IMG/VR virus record: IMGVR_UViG_3300034651_000168
Strand: one strand, 5' to 3'
Origin: a virus
Length of the DNA stretch: 50,400 nt
The position numbers and the translations under genes were made by a program. Positions 43,801 to 50,305 of the stretch are shown piece by piece (within the stretch, counting starts at the first letter, position 1; the number at the start of each line of letters is the position of its first letter). The notes below the pieces were generated by a model. The model was not told the DNA's origin, did not search any database, and worked only from the letters and a program-made list of their open reading frames with translations.

Positions 43801-44675
43801 ATGGAGACGACATTTCCATAGCGTTTTGGGATACAACCAGTCATCAAGCGTCTATGGTTATATCTCAATGGTACACCGATTCACAAATATGGACAGATAG
43901 AGCATTACGTTTAATATCTGAAAACCTTGGTGTATATATAGAAACACGCGACCCCGTAGGATACGCACTTAGAATAGGTTCGGGGGGAGTAAGGATAGAA
44001 GCGACAGGACTTTCAAACGGTCTTTCATTTCCAGACGGTCATACGATAACAACAGGTACACAAGGACACTTCACTATTTTTGGAAATCGTTCAGCAGGAT
44101 ACCCATTCCGAGTAAGAAGTAACATCAATGGAAGTAGTAGCCGAGATGAATTTTGGGTAGCAGAAGACGGTATGTTTTATTCGAGAGTTTTATGGGACCA
44201 TACTTCTAGTGGAAATATGAATGCCCGAGTTTCATACGCTCATGGAGATAGCGACCATGGAAGTTTATATCGAGTAGTATCAGCAAGAAAATACAAAACA
44301 GATATACAACCGATAGATATTGACCCGTACCTTATATTGAAAATAGTTCCTCAAAGTTGGATTGATAAAGGAGAACTTGAACAAAATGGTGGAGCGCACG
44401 AAGGATTACAGCGATATTATGGATTGATCGCTGACGATGTTTCTGACATAGGATTAACCCCATACGTGGAATATGCAGAGGGAGAAGTCGAAGGACTTGC
44501 TTATGACAGGTTACTGACGTTACTAATACCAATAACTAGCGACCACGAAGAAAAAATCCAACAGCACGATAGAGATATTGAATATATAAAAAATGATTTA
44601 GATTGGCTTCAAACTGAAAATAAATTGCTTAAGCAACGATTGAGAATAGTAGAAAGGGAGTTGGAAATAGCATGA
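40890..44675 (+). CDS. tail-associated protein / tail fibre with a C-terminal S74-type intramolecular chaperone
   Basis: 1261 aa. Tal-like N-terminus, long repeat-rich shaft, and C-terminus ...YGLIADDVSDIGL...LAYDRLLTLLIPI followed by a coiled coil. Confidence 0.7.
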   Translation: MSLIHIVNKQSDTILDDIRAGDVLSNEHYRSLKDTTETFEFVTFADKRYSPYLEKRNRVIIPDEDRGYAEFIITNSIKIHEQDNLVETEVYADASYLELKKSKVIEPQILNQYTVSMHAGFALEDTAWQLGIVESNNYRTIQIEDYTNPYAYLKRIANEFDLELNFRVEIEGNRIVGRYVDLVERIGVWRGVEVEFGRNLDGIRRNEKTKDIVTALIGLGPKPQEDENGNVPPRLEVYIEDNEALERWGYRDKNGNLQHLVDYYEVDSNDEDMTFEELVQYTRTELDKRIKEIVEYEANIHDLEHVPGLQNYRLRFGDTIRIKDTKFNPPLYMEARIHSQKRNIKRKQHKQVTLGDYVEFTEEEVTSVWEQLQQEIQTKIGLYEMLQHTYDKETIDEKDSIVLGDGKEYSRNVANTAETNAKDHADDVASEAERLANNYTDVQIDASESSILEQTVAQAVFDTTIADILGDLAGKADNSVVEDLESLIAGKVDAEWVEGQLVGKVDQEAYNTKIQELSNDISDKAGIEYVDGQLVGKANANEVYTITEIDGMFENVVSVTQYSTDMDGIVSDLSSHETRITQTEEDIQSTVTKTEFSTLEDEVGNIGTQLSTAQTNISQNADAIESKAESSTVNALTGEVTELESTVLQQAGLIEDRVTKTEYTTDMDGVISDLSNHESRITQTEKDITSKVEQTTFNTLEDEVGNIGTSIDNAWTQIDQNATDITSKASQSSVDTLSGEVTDLSSEVSQNAGKIASKVEETTFNDVTGSLGNRLTTVEQTADGLVIDVGSIETDVNDIEADISDIEGTLSSHNTRISSNANEIALKASSSEVDILEGRVDSAESEITANSTAINSRVTQSTFNSLAGRVSTAESNISQNASSISSKVDDGDVRSIFTQEAGSFTFDADQINFSGHVFGSDATFKGTVSGGEVIQDGVGGSIELDNEGFKVYDGGKNLALSMMISDISGLHGDDISIAFWDTTSHQASMVISQWYTDSQIWTDRALRLISENLGVYIETRDPVGYALRIGSGGVRIEATGLSNGLSFPDGHTITTGTQGHFTIFGNRSAGYPFRVRSNINGSSSRDEFWVAEDGMFYSRVLWDHTSSGNMNARVSYAHGDSDHGSLYRVVSARKYKTDIQPIDIDPYLILKIVPQSWIDKGELEQNGGAHEGLQRYYGLIADDVSDIGLTPYVEYAEGEVEGLAYDRLLTLLIPITSDHEEKIQQHDRDIEYIKNDLDWLQTENKLLKQRLRIVERELEIA
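42570..43175 (+). repeat. tandem 303-bp (101-aa) duplication in the fibre shaft
   Basis: QYSTDMDGIVSDLSSHETRITQTEEDI... repeats as EYTTDMDGVISDLSNHESRITQTEKDI... exactly 303 nt later. Confidence 0.8.
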
Positions 44676-45106
44676 GAATCGAAATAAAAAACATGTATGT
44701 AAAACCTTCAATTGATTTATTATTTGACGAGGAATTGAAGAAAAAACAAAGCCGAATGAGGACGAAATTCATTAAACGTTTGAATGAACATAATAAGCAT
44801 ATCGTAGATAGTAGAAACGAGTTAGCGAAAGAACACGCAGAAAAAGACGGCGAGGGAGAGCCGATTATCATAGATGAAAATGGGAAGAAGCGTTATAAGA
44901 TTTTAGATATGGAATCCTTTGATAAAGATGTTTCTGAACTATACGAGGAATCCATCATATTTGACAGCGAGAATGACGAGGACATGCTTAAAACAGTCGG
45001 GGAAGTGATAATGAAATTAGACAAGGCATATAAAGGAGCGAAAGCAACAGCATACGATTATCTTTATGATGAATTTGAAAAGGAGATGAATAAGAATGAT
45101 GATTAA
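44672..45106 (+). CDS. hypothetical protein
   Basis: ATGA overlap with the fibre gene stop. Confidence 0.65.
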   Translation: MRIEIKNMYVKPSIDLLFDEELKKKQSRMRTKFIKRLNEHNKHIVDSRNELAKEHAEKDGEGEPIIIDENGKKRYKILDMESFDKDVSELYEESIIFDSENDEDMLKTVGEVIMKLDKAYKGAKATAYDYLYDEFEKEMNKNDD

Positions 45107-45509
45107 ACTAGGGAATATCAATATATCCTATCGTGGGGATAATATAGAAAAGGCAAAGATTGACTATCGAGCGACCTATAATGATGAAGGACTTAGAGGG
45201 AACGGAACTTTTACTCTAAACGCAGAAGAATATCATAACAATCTTTCGTCTTTACAAGATGTTTGCAAGGAACATTTCTTGAATAAAATTGACGAACTGG
45301 ATATTGAAATCTTAAACGTAAACAAGACATTTACGAATAATGTAATTGACAATGTCAATATACGGTTCAAAGGAAATTCAGATAACGGGGAATTAAATGT
45401 TAATGGAAAATATAAAGTCGATACAGAAACATACGAGGAAGGAAAAACAGTTCAAGAATACAAAGAAATGGCAGCTCAATATATTCGTGAATTAGCAGAA
45501 CAAGCATAG
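45096..45509 (+). CDS. hypothetical protein
   Basis: ORF overlaps the upstream gene by 11 nt. Confidence 0.65.
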   Translation: MMIKLGNINISYRGDNIEKAKIDYRATYNDEGLRGNGTFTLNAEEYHNNLSSLQDVCKEHFLNKIDELDIEILNVNKTFTNNVIDNVNIRFKGNSDNGELNVNGKYKVDTETYEEGKTVQEYKEMAAQYIRELAEQA

Positions 45510-45531
45510 TACGGAGGAATGGTGGCTAAAC

Positions 45532-45804
45532 GTGAGTGAAAGAGATAATGGGCAATGGTACACAAACAAAGACCTGTTTGAACTCATTAACGCATTGCAA
45601 GCAGAAATGAGAGAGACGAGAGCCATTATCAAAAAGTATAATGGATTATACGAAAAAGTCGATACAGTCCGTCACAAGATAGAGCAGATTGAATACGAGC
45701 AAACAGGAAAAAATAAAACGAAGGAAGCCATCAGACAATGGGGTGGTTGGATATTTGGACTGATTACGCTTATCGTCCTGCTTTATACCACATTCCTAGT
45801 CTAA
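45532..45804 (+). CDS. xhlA: XhlA-like lysis-associated membrane protein
   Basis: About 90 aa, coiled N-terminus plus a C-terminal transmembrane segment WGGWIFGLITLIVLLYTTFLV. Lies directly before the holin. GTG start. Confidence 0.6.
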   Translation: MSERDNGQWYTNKDLFELINALQAEMRETRAIIKKYNGLYEKVDTVRHKIEQIEYEQTGKNKTKEAIRQWGGWIFGLITLIVLLYTTFLV

Positions 45805-45841
45805 AAATATTAATATCATTATTAATATTAATGACAATATA
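45805..45841. repeat. AT hexamer array 7
   Basis: AAATATTAATATCATTATTAATATTAATGACAATATA. Confidence 0.6.
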
Positions 45842-45856
45842 GAAAGGAGGGATACT

Positions 45857-46111
45857 GTGAAGGAAGCATTAAAAAAGATTGATAATAAATGGGTACGATT
45901 GATTGCTTGGATTTTAGTCGCTATCAACACAGGTGCTATGATTCTAGGTTACGAACTTTTGCCATTTGAAAATGAGGAAATCGTAAATGGTATTTCATTA
46001 GTAGCTTTATACGCTGTGGAAGCATGGAACCATTGGAAAAATAACAGCTATACGCAACCTGCAAAAGAAGCAGACGTTTATTTAGATTCACGCAAGAAAA
46101 AATTAAAATAG
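45857..46111 (+). CDS. holin
   Basis: 84 aa, two transmembrane segments, WNHWKNNSYT motif, charged C-terminus. GTG start behind AAAGGAGGG. Confidence 0.75.
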   Translation: MKEALKKIDNKWVRLIAWILVAINTGAMILGYELLPFENEEIVNGISLVALYAVEAWNHWKNNSYTQPAKEADVYLDSRKKKLK

Positions 46112-46121
46112 GAGTGTTAAA

Positions 46122-47456
46122 ATGGCTAAAATCGGATTAGATTATGGTCATGGAAATAATACGTTCCCACCAAATAAAGGTGTTTATGTAAATGGTGTTG
46201 GTTATGCAGAACATGATTTTAACGCCAAACTAGGATTAAAAATCAAAAAGCTATTAGTCGAAAATGGTCATGAAGTTATCGAAGGACAGCCTGCGTATGG
46301 CCGAGAAGTAGGATTAACAACACGCACGAATCTTTATAACCGAGAAAAAGTAGACCTAGTTATCAGTATTCATGCCAACGCAAGCGGTGATAACGGAGCA
46401 GACGGACGTTGTGCATTTTACTGGCATACTTCAAGCAAAGGAAAAAGAGCAGCAGAACTCATTATTGATGAAATCAAAGACGCAGGATATGATACGCATG
46501 GTAACGGATTGCATGCTAGTAAACGTGGAAGTTGGACAGATCTTCATATTACCCGAGAAACGAACGCACCTGCAGTTTTAACCGAGAACGGATTTATGAC
46601 GAATGATGAACCTGGCACAAATGATGACTTTGAGTTGATTTTTGGAAGTAAACAAGAGGAATATACGGACGATATAGCAAGAGCGCACGTAAGAGCGATT
46701 CAGCGTTATTTTGGAGAATCCTTTAAGGATACGAATACGAAAGTTAAAGAGAAGCCTGCAAGTGGTGGAAGCAAACCATCATCAAAAGGTGTCGAATGGG
46801 TAGGAACAGACCTAAAAGGAGAACGAGTAGAATCCATTTATCAAGGTTCAGAAGGATTGAACTTTTACGATGGTCCGAGATGGGATAATCCTAGCGGTAC
46901 ATTTGGATATGGTGAAGGTTGGATTATAGATAACAAGTATCTAGTAGATGGTTCACCTCAATATCGAGTTCAAAACTCAAACGGAGACTTGTACTATATT
47001 ACAGCGTCACCGAAATATGTAAGCGTAGGAGGAACGAGTTCATCAAGTAGCGGTTCGTCAAGCGGAAGTTCTTCAACGTTCACTGTCGGTGGAAAAGCAA
47101 CCATCAAAAATTCAGCGAAAACGTATGCGACAGGAGAAAGTATTCCATCAAGATATAAAGGAAAAACGTATACGATTCAGCAAGTAAAATCGGACAGGGT
47201 ACTCTTAAAAGAGTTATATTCATGGGTACGAAAATCTGATTTAGTTGGTGGAGGTTCAAGCGGTGGTTCATCAAGTAGTAGTTCATATAGCGTAGGCGAT
47301 ACGGTCAAAATTAAGTCGTCTGCGAGGACTTATGCTACTGGCGAGACTATTCCATCGAGATATAAGAATAAAAGCTACACGATACAGCAGGTGAAGTCTG
47401 ATAGAGTTCTGTTAAAGGAACTTTATTCGTGGGTACGGAAATCAGACGTATATTAA
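46122..47456 (+). CDS. endolysin: N-acetylmuramoyl-L-alanine amidase plus two C-terminal wall-binding repeats
   Basis: Amidase_3-like DYGHG...SIHANA...TENGFM motifs. Two repeats of about 57 aa are separated by Gly/Ser linkers. Confidence 0.85.
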   Translation: MAKIGLDYGHGNNTFPPNKGVYVNGVGYAEHDFNAKLGLKIKKLLVENGHEVIEGQPAYGREVGLTTRTNLYNREKVDLVISIHANASGDNGADGRCAFYWHTSSKGKRAAELIIDEIKDAGYDTHGNGLHASKRGSWTDLHITRETNAPAVLTENGFMTNDEPGTNDDFELIFGSKQEEYTDDIARAHVRAIQRYFGESFKDTNTKVKEKPASGGSKPSSKGVEWVGTDLKGERVESIYQGSEGLNFYDGPRWDNPSGTFGYGEGWIIDNKYLVDGSPQYRVQNSNGDLYYITASPKYVSVGGTSSSSSGSSSGSSSTFTVGGKATIKNSAKTYATGESIPSRYKGKTYTIQQVKSDRVLLKELYSWVRKSDLVGGGSSGGSSSSSSYSVGDTVKIKSSARTYATGETIPSRYKNKSYTIQQVKSDRVLLKELYSWVRKSDVY

Positions 47457-47496
47457 TATCAATATTATCATTGACATTTTTATTGATAGTGATAAC
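47451..47496. repeat. AT hexamer array 8
   Basis: TATTAATATCAATATTATCATTGACATTTTTATTGATAGTGATAAC overlaps the endolysin stop. Confidence 0.55.
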
Positions 47497-47547
47497 ATTA
47501 TAATTGTGTAACGTAAAAGGATTCCAGACTTATCCTGCCAAGGAGAA

Positions 47548-47578
47548 AGAGCCAGCCATAGCGGTTGGTTCTTTTTTT
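47548..47578 (+). terminator. late-operon intrinsic terminator
   Basis: 10-bp stem AGAGCCAGCC / GGTTGGTTCT (two G-U pairs) followed by T7. Confidence 0.75.
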
Positions 47579-47587
47579 ATGAAAAAA

Positions 47588-47650
47588 TTCCACTTTAAGC
47601 GAACTTTTTTGTGTTTTACCCTTTACAAGTGTAAAGGGAATTGATATAAT
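47588..47650 (+). promoter_or_regulatory. early promoter cassette C with palindromic operator
   Basis: TTCCACTTTAAGCG at 47588-47601. Palindrome CTTTACAAGTGTAAAG at 47621-47636. -35 TTTACA, 17-nt spacer, -10 TATAAT (47645-47650). Confidence 0.7.
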
Positions 47651-47701
47651 AGACATAGAGAGTTACAGAAGAACTAAAAAACACAAAGGAGATAGGACAA
47701 A

Positions 47702-48133
47702 ATGAAACTAAAACATTACATCGCATACGAAATGGAAAACGGAAATCACGATTGGATTATAGCAATAAGAAGAAAGTATTCAGAGGAAATCTTATTCTTA
47801 GGAAGAATCGCAAGCGTAGAATCCGAACTACACAACGAAGAAGTATTCAGCATAGCAGGATTACGTTCAAATCAACCAATATTCATCTTAGAGGAAAAAG
47901 AGATTACACAAAAGGAAGAAGTCGAAGCACCAAAGGAAATGGTCAATAATACGACAATTAAAGTACCTAAGAAATATCAGCCAATGCTAGAAGTAGTAGA
48001 CCAAGACGGAGACGGATATTGGGCATACGCAAGAGAAGGTTACATTTTCAAGGGAATGGGTTGCGGTACAGCCCACGAATACACACAGAAGGAATTGCTA
48101 GATATGATTAGAACGATACAGGAGGAAGCATAA
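47702..48133 (+). CDS. hypothetical early protein
   Basis: Conserved initiation region AAAGGAGATAGGACAAAATG. Confidence 0.7.
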   Translation: MKLKHYIAYEMENGNHDWIIAIRRKYSEEILFLGRIASVESELHNEEVFSIAGLRSNQPIFILEEKEITQKEEVEAPKEMVNNTTIKVPKKYQPMLEVVDQDGDGYWAYAREGYIFKGMGCGTAHEYTQKELLDMIRTIQEEA

Positions 48134-48137
48134 GAGC

Positions 48138-48158
48138 AGGGGGGAGATTATCCCCCCT
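48138..48158 (+). terminator. G6/C6 hairpin (family member)
   Basis: AGGGGGGA-GATTA-TCCCCCCT. Confidence 0.5.
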
Positions 48159-48208
48159 AACCTTTTAAAAATTATTCCCGTTTTAGCGGAAAAAGTTCTT
48201 AAAAACTA

Positions 48209-48237
48209 TTGACATTCCACTAAAAGTGGATTATAAT
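48209..48237 (+). promoter_or_regulatory. early promoter D with palindrome in the spacer
   Basis: -35 TTGACA (48209-48214), 17-nt spacer, -10 TATAAT (48232-48237). Palindrome TCCACTAAAAGTGGA at 48216-48230. Confidence 0.75.
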
Positions 48238-48288
48238 AGACATAGAGAGTTACAAAAGGAAGAAAAAATACAAAGGAGATAAGACGAA

Positions 48289-48498
48289 ATGGGAAACACA
48301 ATCAAATCAACATTCTACATTCAAGTTTGGAACGAAATCGAGGAAAGAGCGTACAAGGCACACATCGAGAACAATCATGAAGAATTTAACAAAGAATTAA
48401 ATAAACAGATCGATTTAGAAAGAAAAATATCAGAAAGAGATAACTTAGATTTAGAAGCAGTCAAAACGGAATTGAAAGCACAAAGTAAATACGAATAA
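48289..48498 (+). CDS. hypothetical early protein
   Basis: Conserved initiation region AAAGGAGATAAGACGAAATG. Confidence 0.7.
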   Translation: MGNTIKSTFYIQVWNEIEERAYKAHIENNHEEFNKELNKQIDLERKISERDNLDLEAVKTELKAQSKYE

Positions 48499-48537
48499 GA
48501 AAAATTCACCATTACATTTAAAAGGAGATAAGACAAA

Positions 48538-48750
48538 ATGCAGGAAATCATTCAGTTCTTAGAAACGTACACAGAGGTTGAAGGAATCGAGTTCATAGAG
48601 GAAACAGAAAACGGATACTTTTTCATAGGATTTGACGAACTAGACGAATCAGAGGAAGAAATCGAAATTGAAGTTACATTCACCAGTCACGTTTACTTTA
48701 ACCAGGTAGAACAAGATTTATACCTTCCATTCAACGTTTGGTCATTATAA
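48538..48750 (+). CDS. hypothetical early protein, paralog of 4936..5145
   Basis: Collinear similarity to the 69-aa ORF at 4936. Confidence 0.75.
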   Translation: MQEIIQFLETYTEVEGIEFIEETENGYFFIGFDELDESEEEIEIEVTFTSHVYFNQVEQDLYLPFNVWSL

Positions 48751-48774
48751 ATATAAAAAAGGAGATAGGACAAA

Positions 48775-48933
48775 ATGAAACATACAATCGAGTTATTAGA
48801 AACAAAAATATTACAGGCACAAGTAAGAGCAGATGAACTTCAAGCCAAAGGAAAAGAAAAACAAGCAAAGATGCTTCAAGAAAGAATAAAAGAATATAAA
48901 GAAGCAATCGAAATTTTAAAAGCGCACAAGTAA
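48775..48933 (+). CDS. small coiled-coil protein (52 aa, not in the ORF track)
   Basis: Conserved initiation region AAAGGAGATAGGACAAAATG. MKHTIELLETKILQAQVRADELQAKGKEKQ... Confidence 0.6.
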   Translation: MKHTIELLETKILQAQVRADELQAKGKEKQAKMLQERIKEYKEAIEILKAHK

Positions 48934-48937
48934 CACT

Positions 48938-48956
48938 AAGGGGGAACTTCCCCCTT
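48938..48956 (+). terminator. G5/C5 hairpin (family member)
   Basis: AAGGGGGA-ACT-TCCCCCTT. Confidence 0.5.
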
Positions 48957-48960
48957 ATAA

Positions 48961-48984
48961 AAATATTAATATCAATATCAATTA
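48961..48984. repeat. AT hexamer array 9
   Basis: AAATATTAATATCAATATCAATTA. Confidence 0.6.
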
Positions 48985-49000
48985 AAGGAGATAAGACGAA

Positions 49001-49138
49001 ATGAACAAGATAACTAAGTATTATTTAGAGCAACAAAAGAAATCAAATTTACAGGTCGATGACTTCATCAAGACAATTACAAACGAGGAACACAAAATGT
49101 ATATTCAATGGTCACTATTAAGGAGGTACGCAATATGA
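49001..49138 (+). CDS. small hypothetical protein (45 aa, not in the ORF track)
   Basis: Conserved initiation region AAAGGAGATAAGACGAAATG. Confidence 0.55.
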   Translation: MNKITKYYLEQQKKSNLQVDDFIKTITNEEHKMYIQWSLLRRYAI

Positions 49139-49452
49139 AAAAATCAGTTCAAGCATTAAGAAACCTATTGGAGAACGTAGAGAACGCAGGAATCGAAACA
49201 AGGGAATGGCACATTATCGAGGACGAACTAGACCACCCATTCATAACGAACATCGCACTCATTTTCAATAACCAGTTCAAAGTAGCATACGACAGCATTA
49301 AAAAGGAAATCGTATTCGAGACAACCTATTCTAACCAACCAATCACAAATGAGTACATTGATCACTTGCTAGAGATTAAAGAAATGCTTCCATTATTCCA
49401 AGAAGCAATGGACGTTATTTCAGAGGAAAAAGAGAAAGAACAAACCGCATAA
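49135..49452 (+). CDS. hypothetical early protein
   Basis: ATGA overlap. SD AAGGAGG. Start at M10 of the track ORF. Confidence 0.65.
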   Translation: MKKSVQALRNLLENVENAGIETREWHIIEDELDHPFITNIALIFNNQFKVAYDSIKKEIVFETTYSNQPITNEYIDHLLEIKEMLPLFQEAMDVISEEKEKEQTA

Positions 49453-49454
49453 AC

Positions 49455-49472
49455 AAGGGGATTCTTCCCCTT
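49455..49472 (+). terminator. G4/C4 hairpin (family member)
   Basis: AAGGGGA-TTCT-TCCCCTT. Confidence 0.45.
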
Positions 49473-49505
49473 TAAAATAGAAATATTCAAAGGGGGTATC
49501 GACAA

Positions 49506-49667
49506 ATGAAAGACGTATTAGGAACAGTATTAATAAACCATTTCAACAAGAATGGAAAAGTTCTAGTTCATATGAAAAGAGATGAACTAGGAAATATCCT
49601 ATCCTATTTATTCCACCACAGCAGGAATATAGAAGTCAGAGGTGCTTACACGTTATTTGAAAAATAA
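49506..49667 (+). CDS. small hypothetical protein (53 aa, not in the ORF track)
   Basis: SD AAAGGGGG. MKDVLGTVLINHFNKNGKVLVHMKRDELGN... Confidence 0.5.
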   Translation: MKDVLGTVLINHFNKNGKVLVHMKRDELGNILSYLFHHSRNIEVRGAYTLFEK

Positions 49668-49687
49668 AGGGGGAATCACTTCCCCCT
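49668..49687 (+). terminator. G5/C5 hairpin (family member)
   Basis: AGGGGGAA-TCAC-TTCCCCCT. Confidence 0.5.
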
Positions 49688-49720
49688 AGAAATATAAACA
49701 TTAAAAGGGGATAAGACAAA

Positions 49721-49960
49721 ATGGAATTTCTACCAAAGACATTATGGATTGGATTACTAGAACAGAATCAGAAAGAGGAAATCAAGAGCAAGCTATATCA
49801 CGCATTGAAGGAACAAGGGAAATATGACGAACTAGAAATCGACTTCATCATTCAAGATGGAATGGACAGCAGAATTTGCGACTTAGAGAACGTCATCGAC
49901 ATTCGCAGCTTAGAGTTAACAAAGCTTCAAGGGGGGAATGAAGATGTTGAACTTCTTTAA
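49721..49960 (+). CDS. hypothetical early protein
   Basis: Initiation region AAAGGGGATAAGACAAAATG. Confidence 0.7.
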   Translation: MEFLPKTLWIGLLEQNQKEEIKSKLYHALKEQGKYDELEIDFIIQDGMDSRICDLENVIDIRSLELTKLQGGNEDVELL

Positions 49961-50036
49961 GAAATACGAGTATCAACTAATGCCAGTAACAGCTTCACTA
50001 ACTATTGCAACGTTCCTCTATATTATCACCATGTAA
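49944..50036 (+). CDS. small hydrophobic peptide (30 aa, not in the ORF track)
   Basis: SD GGGGGG lies 7 nt upstream. MLNFFKKYEYQLMPVTASLTIATFLYIITM. Confidence 0.4.
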   Translation: MLNFFKKYEYQLMPVTASLTIATFLYIITM

Positions 50037-50063
50037 ATATTAATATTAATACCAATATTGAAA
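50035..50063. repeat. AT hexamer array 10
   Basis: AAATATTAATATTAATACCAATATTGAAA. Confidence 0.6.
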
Positions 50064-50078
50064 GGAGATAAAGACAAA

Positions 50079-50288
50079 ATGATTACAGCAGTCGTTGAGT
50101 GCAATCTATGTAAGAAACCGCAGGAAGTAAAAATGACGCAGGATCAGTTAGAACGTATTGAAAATTTAGGGAACACAGGAGAGCATATTCAGCACATTTT
50201 ACCTTATCATTCAGCAGACGATAGAGAACTTTTTGTAACAGGGATTTGCCCGACATGTTGGACCGAACTATTCGAGGACGAGGAATAA
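50079..50288 (+). CDS. zinc-ribbon small protein
   Basis: CNLC...CPTC pattern. ATG at 50079 behind AAAGGAGATAAAGACAAAATG. Confidence 0.65.
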   Translation: MITAVVECNLCKKPQEVKMTQDQLERIENLGNTGEHIQHILPYHSADDRELFVTGICPTCWTELFEDEE

Positions 50289-50305
50289 GAAAGGGAATAA
50301 ACAAA

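Noticed and set aside
47534-47542. A 9-nt match TCCTGCCAA shared between the post-endolysin region and the rep leader (1245-1253).
   Set aside because: A 9-mer is expected to recur by chance at roughly this frequency in 50 kb on two strands, and there is no supporting context.
4906-50063. The AT hexamer arrays or the G5/C5 hairpins as a CRISPR array.
   Set aside because: The copies are dispersed singly across 45 kb with genes between them. There is no regular repeat-spacer periodicity, and the units are far shorter than CRISPR repeats.
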